NCBI RefSeq assembly: GCF_009914755.1
Contig: NC_060928.1
From: the human T2T-CHM13v2.0 reference genome, Homo sapiens
Direction: 5' to 3' (one strand)
DNA length: 64,000 nt
The notes beneath the pieces were generated by a model, which was not told the origin of the DNA, did not search any database, and was given only the letters and a program-made list of their open reading frames with translations. The translations under genes were made by a program, and so were the position numbers. Position 1 is the first letter of the stretch, and each line of letters starts with the position of its first letter. This document shows, one piece after another, positions 13,423-26,505 of the stretch.

Positions 13423-14869
13423 TCTTTTTGGTCTGCCAGGGATTATGGCTAAGAAGGAAAATTAGAGAAATGCTATTAATATACTAAAGGTGTAAGAATA
13501 TAGCAAAAAAATGTTTAGTATGTTTCTATCATTTGCCTTTTAAGTGACAGATTCATATTTGTTCATTATGTAAAAAATACATGATATAAATGTAAGTAAT
13601 ATTATCATATATAATTTTAGATATTGTAGATTAATAGATTATCCTTTTTATTAATTTGGACTAATACTGTAGTCCAAACATCCTAACAGTGAATAGGAAT
13701 AAATATGGTTGAAAAAATATTTGTGATTCATCCTAAGTGACAAAAAAGATGTCTAATGTTTAATATTTGAGGCACAAACCAAAACATCATTGGTCATACA
13801 TTTTTGTCAGACAGTTGGTAAAATACTTTAAAGCCTGTTTTTATTTTTGGACATTAGCTCACTTTAATTCACATACCTGAAATTGGTATACTGTAATACC
13901 CTAAGTAAATAATAAGAGCTTAATACTGTAGTGTTATGTTTTATTTATATTTTAATGATTTGGGTGTAATTTCTTAGGTCTCTGGTAATTTGCAAGGCAA
14001 TTTAAAAATTTTCAATAGCCTAACAGAATATTGTAGTCTTTAATGACATATTTAAGAAATGAACCAGAAGATTTAAAAAGAAAATTGATTCCTGATTTTC
14101 CAAGAAATGTACACAAAACAGTATCAACCCAGGTAAATGTTCCAAAAATGTGGTTAAATTATAAAGTACATTAAACCAAATCTATCTCACAGGAAGAAAG
14201 CCTGTGCTTAATTTTGTCAAAAAGTTGCCTTTTGACAAAAGTAAAATGCTACCCTGTGAGTAAGCAAAATAATCCCACTAGCCATCAAGAGATCTATTAA
14301 AAAGAAAAGTGAAAGAAGAAAACAAAAATCAAGCATTCATTTACATCAAAATGGAAGACTGATATGTCATCCTGTACTGCAAAAGTCTGGTCATATGATG
14401 GAGGAAATAAGACAGATGTAAGTTTCTTTTTCAAGCTAAGTGCTTTTCATTTACCAGTTGGCAGGCCATTTGGGAGGAGCTAAGCAACTTTGGAGATTCC
14501 TTTTATTTTATTATTCAGTCAGATATGTAGTATAGGGAGACTTGTTAAACATTTACTGAATTTCTGCCTTCAGGCCAATTATTTATATAAATTAAAGGTT
14601 TCTGAGGAATGCAACATATCAAGATGTTATATTTTCTAATATCATAAGGCACCTGAATACACTAAACTTGCAATTCTGAGGGAAAAAGCATTGATGCTCT
14701 GTTCAGGAATATGCAGATATTTATACCTGGACACAGTGTTGTGATGGTATGAGCAGCACTGGAGATTATGCTCATAACACATTAGTAAGCTACCTTCATG
14801 CTGTCCTAGAATTTGGAGAAAGTAGAGCATTTTTGGGTAAAATTAAGCCACAATTCAAAAGGAAAATCC

Positions 14870-14874
<5 letters not shown>

Positions 14875-14908
<34 letters not shown>
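14875..14908. repeat. (TA)n microsatellite
   Basis: Uninterrupted TA run of about 17 units. Confidence 0.95.
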
Positions 14909-14910
<2 letters not shown>

Positions 14911-16602
14911 AATCATGTTTACTTTTTTTTACAGCTTGCAATGACAATTTTCAGGATTATTTTAATAATCCAACACCAGCCATCTCTGTATAGGTCAGCT
15001 TTAAAAAGACTGATTAGGCAGAAATTGCTCTATATACAATGAAATAAAACAGAAAAACAAAAGGAACATCACTAAAGTTTTGATAATTCAGATGTCAAGC
15101 ACGTAATAATTCAAAGACTTCTAGTTATGCAGCCAAACTGGCAGAAGATTTGTATCATCTGCATTCTGTGAACATTTCATGAACCTACTAAAATCAAAGC
15201 TAGAAACCATCTGGCTTGTAACCCAAAATCAAATCACAATCAAGTTTCCTACAAATTACACACAATAGTTCTTAAAATTCAGAATGTTGGATGGTGGTGT
15301 TCTCATGGAAACTTCTAAAAAATTATAACAAGCCAAACTTCAGTTTTGAAGCAGTACATTATAGCTACCATAATAATTTCAGTATTTACTTGCATTAAAG
15401 TTTATAAATGCTCATATTGCAAGTTACTTACAAACTGATGGAGTACAGTAGAGCTTTGATCAATTAACTCTTCAAATGACTACAGCATAGATGTACTTTT
15501 GTTGACTAGAAAAGGGAGTCAGAAACTTTGAATTTGAGGAAAAGGGGAAAAAATACTAAAACATTTGCCTGCCGTTTACCTCTGTCAGGGTTTCCAGCAT
15601 CCTTGGGGCCAATCAGTTGGCTCTAAGGCAGACAGAATTCTTTTTGCTAGAGTGATGTTTTGAAATGCTCTGAGATATAAAACACAATGTAGAGAAATGG
15701 TCAATAAGTGTCTTTTGCTGGATGTACTAGGAAAGCATTCCCTTTTGAAATCCTTGGTGAGCTGCCAGGTGCTTTGAGTGTTCCAGGTTGGATACCTCAT
15801 GAAGTAAGTACTTGCCTTCAAAAACAGATGAACAAAAGTGACCCAACATTTGAACTCTTGTGTATGTACTAACAGAATATATTATATCTACATTTGCTAC
15901 TCTTTGGTTCAGAGCTTAAATGTGAGGCGCTTGTGCAGGTGATCACTGATAAGATTCTGGGAGCCAACAAGCCGGCCAGTGTTTGAGGAGGGCATGTGCA
16001 TAGTTCCTGGTGTAATTTCTCCCTGTATGCTACTGTTTTCCTCCTTTTTGTTACTCCCTTAGTTCCAAGTGCAATGTTGTACCCTTTCTGTACTATCACA
16101 TGGATAATTTTGTTTACTACTTTATTCTAACAGGTGATGTAAACTATGTCGTTGATTGCTGTTCAATATTTACCAACACCATGGGCATCATTAGACTTCA
16201 TTTTATTCAGAAACTCAAGAAATCGTGTAAGTAAAGAAGCCAACATTTTACCAACTTGTTGTTTTTTAATTTCACATGAATATATTCAGAGAATTTAGAA
16301 ATACATGAATATCTAAAACACAGGCCTTGTCATTGAGACTATGGGTTGTTGAAATGAGGCATATAGTCTTTCAAGTAGGTTAGAAAAATAGTATATACAA
16401 TCAATTTAAAGGGCTGATAACTAGCTGGTATCTTGATCAGTGAATTTTTTGTATTCATTCCTGTTTCTATACACATAATTTATGTGTGTGCATTTATATT
16501 TCTGTCAGTCTGTATATTACATATAAAGGAGATGGTAATTCATTTAGTAAAAATAAAAAGAAATTCAAATCTGTTCATTCTGTACTATAGTGGATTGTCT
16601 TA

Positions 16603-16655
16603 TTTGGTTGATGCAAAAGTAATTGTGTGGTTTTTTTTTGTCATTAAAAGTAATG
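16603..16655. mobile_element. MADE1 (Hsmar1 MITE) partial
   Basis: ttggttgatgcaaaagtaattg...ggtttt...tcattaaaagtaatg resembles one mariner TIR plus spacer. Confidence 0.65.
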
Positions 16656-16809
16656 TAAGTAACTTGGAGTCTGCACCCCACAGGAGAGACCACTAATAAT
16701 AGGCACAATTAGAGAAAAATCATTTAATACTTGTTTGGCCAGGGAAGGTTTCATAAGAGAACAAGAAATTTAAAGGCATCTATATTCATTTACTATTATA
16801 AAACATCTA

Positions 16810-17545
16810 TTTTAATTGTGTTGAAATACACATAACATAAAATTTACCAGCATCATCATTTTTTATGCACACATTTCTGTAGAATTAAGTACATTCACAT
16901 TGTTGTATAATTACAACAATGTAATTTTCGTCATGCAAAACTGCAACTCTGTACTCATTAAATAGCAACTCTCCATTCACCCTTACTTCCCCAGTTCCTG
17001 TCAACTACCATTCTACTTTCTGTCTCAATGAATTTGTGTTAGCTACCTCATGTAAGTGGAATCATAGTACCTATCTTTCTGGGACTGGCATTAGCATAAT
17101 GCCCTGAGGTTCATCCATATTGTAGCATGTGCCAGAATTCTCTAACTTTTTAAAGGACTAATAATATTTCATTTATGTATATATCACATTTTGTTTATTC
17201 ACTTATCTCTCAATGGACACCTGGATTGCTTCCCACCTTTTAAATAATGGAAAGAATGCTACTATGAACACAGATCTACACATTTTTCTTTGAGACTCTG
17301 CTTTCATTTTTGCAGGGGTATATCCCAGAAGTGGAATTGCTGGATCATATGGTAATTCTATTGTTAATTATTTTAGGAACTGCCATATTGTTTTCCATAG
17401 CAATTGCATCATTTTACATTCCCATCAACTGTACAGAAGGGTACCAATTTCTCTGCATCTTTATCAACACTTATTATTTTCTGTTTTTTGACAGTAGGCA
17501 GTAGACATATGAATGTGTCTAAGGTGGTGTATCTCAATGTGGGTC
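16810..17545 (-). mobile_element. L1MB-type 3' end
   Basis: tacacataacataaaatttacc; ggttcatccatattgtagcatg; cccagaagtggaattgctggatcatatggtaattcta. Confidence 0.85.
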
Positions 17546-17682
17546 ATTTGCTATGTTTTAATAAAAAAATTTGAATGGAATAAAAGATGTCTAGAGTTAA
17601 AGTGCTATGCAATAAATTTGTGATATAATAGGGTTCTGGATTTGGAAGGACTCTGAATGTGATGCTAAGAAATTTGAATTTC

Positions 17683-19549
17683 GGGAGGAGCCAAGGTGGC
17701 CGAATAGGAACAGCTCCCATCTACAGCTCCCAGCGTGAGCAACGCAGAAGACAGGTGATTTCTGCATTTCCATCTGAGGTACCGGGTTCATCTCACTAGG
17801 GAGTGCCAGACAGCGGGGGCAGGTCACTGGGTGCGTGCACCGTGCGCGAGCCAAAGCAGGGCGAGGCATTGCCTCACTCGGGAAGCGCAAGGGGTCAGGG
17901 AGTTCCCTTTCATAGTCAAAGAAAGGGGTGACAGACGGCACCTGGAAAATCGGGTCACTCCCGCCCGAATACTGCGCTTTTCCGACGGGCTTAAAAAACG
18001 GTGCAACAGGAGATTATATCCCGCACCTGGCTCGGAGGGTCCTACACCCACAGAGTCTCACTGATTGCTAGCACAGCAGTCTGAGATCAAACTGCAAGGT
18101 GGCAGCGAGGCTGGGGGAGGGGTGCCCACCATTGCCCAGGCTTGCTTAGGTAAACAAAGCAGCCAGGAAGCTCGAACTGGGTGGAGCCCACAACAGCTTA
18201 AGGAGGCCTGCCTGCCTCTGTAGGCTCCACCTCTGGGGGCAGGGCACAGACAAACGAAAAGACAGCAGTAACCTCTGCAGACTTAAATGTCCCTGTCTGA
18301 CAGCTTTGAAGAGAGCAGTGGTTCTCCCAGCACGCAGCTGGAGATCTGAGAACTGGCAGACTGCCTCCTCAAGTGGGTCCCTAACCCCTGACCCCCGAGC
18401 AGCCTAACTGGGAGGCACTCCCTAGCAGGGGCAGACTGACACCTCACACGGCCGGGTACTCCAACAGACCTGCAGCTGAGGGTCCTGTCTGTTAGAAGGA
18501 AAACTAACAAACAGAAAGGATATCCACACCAAAAACCCATCTGTACATCACCATCATCAAAGACCAAAAGTAGATAAAACCACAAAGATGGGGAAAAGAT
18601 AGAGCAGAAAAACTGGAAACTCTAAAAAGCAGAGCGCCTCTCCTCCTGCAAAGGAACGCAGTTCCTCACCAGCAACGGAACAAAGCTGGACGGAGAATGA
18701 CTTTGACGAGCTGAGAGAAGAAGGCTTCAGATGATCAAATTACTCCGAGCTACAGGAGGAAATTCAAACCAAAGGCAAAGAAGTTGAAAACTTTGAAAAA
18801 AATTTAGAAGAATGTATAACTAGAATAACCAATACAGAGAAGTGCTTAAAGGAGCTGATGGAGTCAGGAAACAACAGGTGCTGGAGAGGATGTGGAGAAA
18901 TAGGAACACTTTTACACTGTTGGTGGGACTGTAAACTAGTTCAACCATTGTGGAAGTCAGTGTGGCGATTCCTCAGGGATCTAGAACTAGAAATACCATT
19001 TGACCCAGCCATCCCATTACTGGGTATGTACCCAAAAGACTATAAATCATGCTGCTATAAAGACACATGCACACGTATGTTTATTGCGGCATTATTCACA
19101 ATAGCAAAGACTTGGAACCAACCCAAATGTCCAACAATGATAGATTGGATTAAGAAAATGTGGCACATATACACCATGGAATACTATGCAGCCATAAAAA
19201 ATGATGAGTTCATGTCCTTTGTAGGGACATGGATGAAATTGGAAATCATCATTCTCAGTAAACTATCGCAAGAACAAAAAACCAAACACCGCATATTCTC
19301 ACTCATAGGTGGGAATTGAACAATGAGAACACATGGACACAGGAAGGGGAACATCACACTCTGGGAACTGTTGTGGGTTGTGGGGAGGGGGGAGCGATAG
19401 CATTGGGAGATATGCCTAATGCTAGATGACGAGTTAGTGGGTGCAGCACACCAGCATGGCACATGTATACATATGTAACTAACCTGCACATTGTGCACAT
19501 GTACCCTAAAACTTAAAGTATAAAAATAATAATAATAATAATTAAAAAA
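17683..19549 (+). mobile_element. Young L1 (L1PA2/L1PA3 type) with complete 5'UTR and 3'UTR but about 4.2 kb internal deletion
   Basis: Starts gggaggagccaaggtggccgaatagg; ORF1 ATG at 18588; jumps at 18863/18864 into the ORF2 C-terminus; 3'UTR has non-Ta GAG (gatgacgagttag); A-rich tail; 16-bp TSD aagaaatttgaatttc (17667-17682, 19550-19565). Confidence 0.96.
18588..19319 (+). pseudogene. In-frame L1 ORF1(1-92)::ORF2(last 151 aa) fusion frame with two stops; residual 153-aa ORF 18858-19319
   Basis: MGKR*SRKTGNSKKQSASPP...FR*SNYSEL...LKELME|SGNNRCWRGCGEIGTLLHCWWDC...FSLIGGN; stops TAG 18600-18602 and TGA 18732-18734. Confidence 0.88.
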
Positions 19550-20827
19550 AAGAAATTTGAATTTCTTCTCCTGGCAAAGGGGATTCCAGAGAAACCTTGA
19601 AAACTGAGGTGCTGCCATGATAGGATAGGAGGTCAGACAGGACCCATTAAACCCCCTCCATCCCTAACCACCATTAGGCTTTCTTCACTAAGAGTTAAAC
19701 AGAAACGAACCCTTTGGAAAGACCTGTACCACTCCTGACACTGCCCTGCTCTACTGTGGTTTCCATAAAACAACCAACTAGCATTCTTTTCTGATAAGAG
19801 ACCACCAACCATAGAGGGATTCTGTCCAGTCACAAATCCCCATCTTGTTCTTTCCTTCCTCAAAGTGTTTGTTTCTAGCTTCTGACCAGAGGCTATGCTT
19901 CCCAGGCTGTCAGTATGGCACCCTGCATGCAACAAACCTTAATGAGAAATAAACCTCCCCTTTCCAAATCTAGGAACTTCATTCTTTAGATGACAGAAGT
20001 TAGCAGAGGTTTTAAAGGAAAGAGGTATATACAGGATATGGAAACATTGTGTGGGATTGAATAAAGTAGAAGAAAGTCTCAAAACATATTATTAAAATGG
20101 TAACTGTTACATTTTATTGCTGGTATTAAAATATTAACATAACCATGAGAAAAGAAGTATATGAACTGCCTGTAAAAGTCTGAATTAGTGAGACCACCTT
20201 TGGACTAGATGTAAGCAGCTTTCAGTTTTAACCTCAGTTTCTAGGCTGGTTATTTTCTTCTTACTTTTATGATGTGATTTTTTTTCTTTTATAAAATAAA
20301 GACCTAATATCAACTCCAAAATTACAAATTCTCAAAGGAAAAAATCTAAAATTTGATGTCACATTTAAAATTGTATCCATTTAGATATTGAAATAGGTTG
20401 CTAGTATTTCTGAAAATTAAGACATATTTTTAAATTTATTCAACACAAAAAACAGTAATAGAAGAAGAACTAAAACTGGTAATAGGTGAAATTCAAAGTC
20501 AAATGTAAGATAGGTGAATAGTTATTTTATTGTAAGAATAAGTATGAAGACTTTTTTCTAAATGGTTTACATCAATTTTATAACATAAAAATGGAAATAT
20601 TAAGCAGCGTAAAATTTTTCCTACATGCTGATCTCCTCTTATTTTTATAAATTATTTTCATAGAGGACCATATTTTCTTTTGAAACTGAAACAACTATTC
20701 AAGGTCACAATAACACCTTTTAATTTGGTGTTCACAAAGGCATTAAAACTCTCTCTCAATTTTTCACTCAGAAGTTTTCAAAGCATTTTACAGGATGGGT
20801 AATGAACTAAATAACAGTTGTATGGTG

Positions 20828-21127
20828 GGCTGGGCACAGTGACTCACTCCTGTAATCCCAGCACTCAGAGAGGCAGAGGTAGGTGGATCACTTGAGGCCA
20901 GGAGTTCCAGACCAGCCTGGCCAACATGGCAAAAAGCCATCTCTACTAAAAATACTAAACTAGCTGGGCATGGTGGCACGTGCCTGTAATCTCAGCTACT
21001 TGAGAGGCTGAGGCATGAGAATAGCTTGAACCCAGAAGGCGGAGGTTGCAGTGAGCTGAGATCACATCACTGCACTCCACCCTGGGCGACAGAGGAAGAC
21101 TCTCTCTCAAAAAAAAAAAGAAAAAAA
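20828..21127 (+). mobile_element. AluS (Sz/Sx-like)
   Basis: Full dimer; ggatcacttgaggccaggagtt, cctggccaacatgg; A tail. Confidence 0.92.
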
Positions 21128-22127
21128 GATGGTCTCCAAAGTCGGCCATAGACAGAATCAATAACAAAATTAGCCAAAAACAAAGCACCATTTTCTACAA
21201 AATGTAAATCAGCCTTTTAAAACAATGTTAGTTTGAGCAATATGAAATTTCTGATATTCTATGATTTTTACCTACAAAAAGGCAACTTCACATAGCTCAA
21301 CTCAATATATTTTGCATTTCTTAGTAGCATTCTAACCATTATAGATATATTGAACTTATACGTAAATAAACTCTCCCTCCCAAAGCAAAGAAGAGTACTG
21401 TCCTACATCAGCAAACCTTAGAATGTTAGAATTTCATTGCATTGGTGTTCATGTTTTGTGCAGATTCTTGATGTGAGAGGAGGATTCTGATATTCATTTT
21501 GTTTTCCAACAGTACTTTAACATGGTAATCTGTACACAATAAACTCTGAATAAATATGTGATTTGATTTTAAATACAAACATATTCTATTTTCAATTGTC
21601 CAAATCCTGATTTAACTAACAGATTATGTTTGGTACTGTTTGTTCAGCTTTGTTCACTGAACAGAATAATTAAGAAATACACAAATAGCTACAATAAATT
21701 GGATTCTTTGTTAAAAAACTTTGTAAAAATGTACAGCCTCATCATCAGCTATAATTCATCTCAAGATTTCTGTCAATCATATTATAGACTGTCCATAATA
21801 TTTAAAATAATGTATGCTATTTTTATATAACTTAAGAATTTAATTACTGAAAAATATGTTATCAAAATTATACTGTTGACTCAATTAAGTAGGAAGGGGA
21901 TTTTTGGAGGTGGAGAGAGGCTGGAGAGTTTCAGATACAGCAAAACTGTTTTCCAGTTGGAATTCTAATAGCCAAGAGGTAATTAATAAGTTAATGAGCT
22001 GTTGACAAAACTCACACACACACAAAAATACATACAATCCCTGAGCAGCTTCTAAGGGGTGAGTGCATTTTTTCTGTTGATCAAGTGCTAGGAAAGTTCT
22101 TTCTACTGTTATCACCAGGAGTATTAC

Positions 22128-22430
22128 GTTGGGACTCAGAAACCAATACTCCAAACCGTAATGCATTGACATGCTGAACTGAAGAATCCTCAAAGTCTCT
22201 AACTGTATCCCGCCCCACTGCCTGTCTCAAAGAAGTTGATGTTCCTTTATCTGCCTAAGATCCACAACCATCCCTGCGAACAATTGTTTTCCTTTTCCTT
22301 TAAAACCAGAATGTAACCACACCAGAACAGACTTATACACTGTCAAAGAGAACAGTGAAATTTGCTGTCAGTGAATTTTCAGCAAATCTTCAGAGGGCCA
22401 AGAGAAAAGTTTCCCCCTGACCCCCCAACA
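22128..22430 (+). mobile_element. ERV1 LTR fragment, MER39-like
   Basis: Start gttgggactcagaaaccaatactccaaa...gacatgctgaactgaag. Confidence 0.55.
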
Positions 22431-22934
22431 ATCAGCTCAGCACTTCTCACACAAATTTTTATGATCTTGACATTTCATTGAGAAATGCAACATAAATTTT
22501 TAAAACATACAGACAAAAAATAAAAAAAAATGCAGCTTAAGTTCACAGCAACCTGTGATATACAAACCAAAGAGAGCAGAGAGAAATAGCCACCTACAGA
22601 GACAAAGCGACTCTATTTTTTTCCCTAAAAGCAGCTGATCTTTATTGGTAACACAGGGTTAGCACCAGCTCCTGATTGCTCTGAAATTTTAACCAACATT
22701 TTTCCATGTAGTACAAACTGTTTCTTATTAAATTGGGTCAGCTACTCTTTATACACAGGAAAAAATATTTTCGCTGTAAAATAAATGCCTTTATTCAATA
22801 TTTTGTATGCACAGGAAAAAAGAAAAAAAACAAAAAATGTGGTTCTTACTGTCTTTTCACTACTACCACTCTTATTTAACCTTACTTAATTCCTTTAACT
22901 TGTAGTTTATGCATCATGTGCCAGGAAAATCTTA

Positions 22935-23110
22935 CATCAGAATCACTCAGAGGGTAATTAAAACACAAATTTCTGGACCCCTGTTTCTTGAGTTTCTGAT
23001 TCATTAGGTGTGGGGAGGGGCCTGGAAATTTGTATTTCTAATTCTACCAAGTTTCTAACACTTTCTCAGGTGATGCTGATCCTGATTATCTGGGGAACAC
23101 ATTTTGACAC
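22935..23110. mobile_element. MER5A (hAT-Charlie) DNA transposon
   Basis: catcagaatcac...tttctgattca.taggt.tgggg.ggggcc...caggtgatgctgat. Confidence 0.75.
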
Positions 23111-23199
23111 TCTTATGGGGTAGGAGTTACAAGGGCAAGGAAGACAAATCATCTTTTCTCATCAAGTTTACATTCTAGTGGAAGACTATTGAAAAGGTT

Positions 23200-23705
23200 A
23201 AATGGATTAATGTAGGGGAGATTATGTTAAGTGACAGGTACAGAAAGACAAATATGGCAGGTACAGCAAGATAAGTATGGCAGACAGAAAGAAAGACAAA
23301 TATGGCATGATCTCATTTATATGTGGAGTCTAAAAAAGCTGAACTCACAGAAGTAAAGAATGAAATGGTGGTTACCAGAGACTGAGGGGAGGAGGAGGAG
23401 GAGGAGGAGGAGGAAGTGGAGTGGGTAGAAATAGGGGAGAAGTTGGCCAATGGGCACAAAGTTTCCATTAGATAGGAGAAATAGTGCTGATGTTCTATTG
23501 CACAGCATGGTGACTGTAGTTAATAATAATGTTTTGTATATTTCAAAATAGCTGAGGGAATTTTGAATGGTCTTACCACAAAGAAATGATAAAATATTGA
23601 GGCTATGCTAATTAGCCCAATTTGATCATTCTGTAATGAATACATTGTACATCATATTTTACCCCATAAATATATGTAATTGTTATTTGTCATTTAAAAA
23701 TCATA
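23200..23705 (+). mobile_element. L1MA-type 3' end containing (GGA)n
   Basis: atggtggttaccagag; ttctattgcacagcatggtgact; accacaaagaaatgataaa; ttaccccataaatatat. Confidence 0.85.
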
Positions 23706-23720
23706 AAAATATATACAGTC

Positions 23721-24080
<360 letters not shown>

Positions 24081-26124
24081 GCAATCGACTGGAAAAAAAG
24101 AGTGTCTTGCCCATTAGTAGGTCAATAAAAATTGACTGAATTGAAATCATATGTACACTAAAGCAGTATTTTTCTTTGGCAGTTTGATTTTCTAATTCTA
24201 CAAAGCCATGCCTGGATTCCTACATCTGCTGCACTAACCAAATACAAGGCATCATATCATCTGAAGTCACATCTAGGCAGGATTCAAGGGTAAAATGAGT
24301 TACTCAGAGACACTGACTTCTTGTTCTGACTCTACAATGGGTAAATGATATCATATTTACATATGGAAGATAGTTTGTCTTTTAAAGTTTTAAGAATTTT
24401 AAGTGGTAGTTTCTCTCTGTTTATCCAGCTCACTCATGCAGATAGCATGGTCTTCACTCAACGGTCAACAAGAGCTGCACTGAGCTCCTCAGGGAATGTG
24501 GCCACCATATCACCGCCCAAGGCTCAGACCCCACCTCTGGCAGGAAGCTGAGCTGCATTCACACTGGTGGGTGTAGAGGCCTGTACCAAATGGGGGACAC
24601 AGTTGGGCACAAGGGGGATTCTGCTGGACAGAGACCTTCAGAAATCTGCATGAGCCAGCTGGAAAGTCTTGTTGCTCCAGCTTCGGTATTTCATTTATCT
24701 AAAGTGAACTAGGCTTTCTTTTCATCCATTATGGAGGTCCCAGTGTGTCTTGGACCCAAACTTGTTCAACAAATAACTGAAGATAGGAATTTCAGAGTCA
24801 TCTTCTTTCCTGCAACTGAGGTAAAACTTGGAAGAAAATTTAAAAGTTGAATTTAAATTTTCTATTATAAGTGGTTTGAATATACTAAGAAAAAAACTTT
24901 TCTGAAGATATTTCACAGATAAAATTTATGTCTTTCCAGCTCCAAATATAAAGTCATTCAAGTAACTCATTCATATGCTGAGAAAGTAGTATAGGAATTG
25001 TCTGCCAGACAGGCTAACCACAGTCCTTCAGGGATTTGTTTGTACATGGTTAGGCTTTTAGCCCTTTTGCCTTGCCAAAAAGCAGTGATCTATATTATCC
25101 TATTTTCTTATAATTGTATTCTCCTTTTCTATGTATCTTGGGGATAACATTACAATGGAATAAATTCTCCTCAACCTATAGTCCAAAAGTAAAACTAACC
25201 CTGGCCAATTCTTTTAGCCAACATTTTGAATTCTAACATTAACAAAGCTGGCTTTGTAATATAATTATGTAGAACATGGACAATATATGGTTATGTGTAT
25301 TCCTGTAGTACCTAGCACAGCACTTGGGTATGAGCGATACTTGATAGATTTATTTTAATAGAATGTGATTTCTTCCATTATACTCACTGACCATTTCAGA
25401 CCCAATTTAATACCACATAGATAAGAGTTAGTATCTGGCAGCATCAGGTATAAATAATTCTACTGAGAATTTGGAAGGCTCCCTATTTTCCCAAACTCCT
25501 TGTGAAATCTTATTGCTGTGAATTTCATAGGGTTCTTTGCTCTGTCTACATTCTCCATGCTTCTATCTCAATATGCAATCTTTGGTCTATGTCAAATGGT
25601 GACTCTTCTATTAAGCCCATTCTGATTTCTTCTAAACTTCAACACAATTTTGTCTCCATATTTTTATGGTACTTATTTGCCTTTACCTCATAGTATAGCA
25701 TGTAAGTACAGAGTAAATAGGCTAAGACTTCTTGGGCTACAATAAATCTAGAGTTTTCCTAAACTGCATCTGCCACAGTGTCTTAACTTTCAGTAACAGA
25801 TTTTTGATAAATATCAAGTAGAGGTAACTTTAAACTCCCTGCAAATATGTTGTATTTAATATCAAGCATAAAAATGTGATCATACATGTGGAATGGAGAT
25901 CATTTACTAAAATTGAAAATAAAATAATTCAGAAAAATTATAAGAAGACAGAGGAGGACTATCAGCTGAGGTACTACACGAGCAAAAATGTAACAATATT
26001 TTTAAAATGAAACAAATACAAGCACATTATTTTCTTCCTGCTCACTGTTGGGCTCTTTTCATTGTGAGCAGAAATAAATTTATACACACAGACACACTCA
26101 CACAATTTGCTATATGTATATACA

Positions 26125-26505
26125 CAGTCACAAGTCACATAACATTTCAGTCAACAGCTGGCTGCATATTCAATGGTGGTCCCCTAAAATTATAGTGGAG
26201 CTGAAAAATTTGTATCCCCTGGTAATGTAATAGAGGTTGTCACATTATAGCACAATGCTTTACCTTTTTTATCTCTAGATATGTTTAAAAGCATAAATAC
26301 TTACCATTGTGTTACAATTGTCTACAGTATTCAGTGCAGTTACCATGCTGTACAAGTTTGTAGCCTAGGAGCAATAGGCTATACCATATAGCCTAGATGT
26401 GCAGCAGGCTATGCCATCTAGGTTTATGTAAGTGCACTCCATGTTGTTTGCACAATGAAGAAATCACGTCCTGACCCATTTCTCAAAATATAGTTCTGTT
26501 ATTAA
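26125..26505 (+). mobile_element. Tigger3-family DNA transposon
   Basis: cagtca...tttcagtcaac...ggtggtccc; tagcctaggagcaataggctataccatatagcctag. Confidence 0.85.

Larger units (their letters stand above)
17625..19995 (+). mobile_element. ERV1 solo LTR (MER93/MER39/MER34 group) split by the L1 insertion (about 17625-17682 and 19550-19995)
   Basis: agagaaaccttgaaaactgag, ggaggtcagaca, ctgataagagaccacc, AATAAA near 19948, terminal tgaca. Confidence 0.55.

Noticed and set aside
14212-14240. 11-bp hairpin ttttgtcaaaa/ttttgacaaaa
   Set aside because: Low-complexity A/T arms; expected by chance in AT-rich DNA.
17824-18133. L1 ORF0 on the minus strand
   Set aside because: The ATG near 18132 is present but codon 25 is TGA (CGA>TGA at about 18058-18060); the 75-aa ORF in the track is only the downstream remainder.
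18858-18870. Splicing as the cause of the L1 internal deletion
   Set aside because: By recalled consensus no GT donor lies at the breakpoint on either strand; AG microhomology fits better. Needs alignment to confirm.
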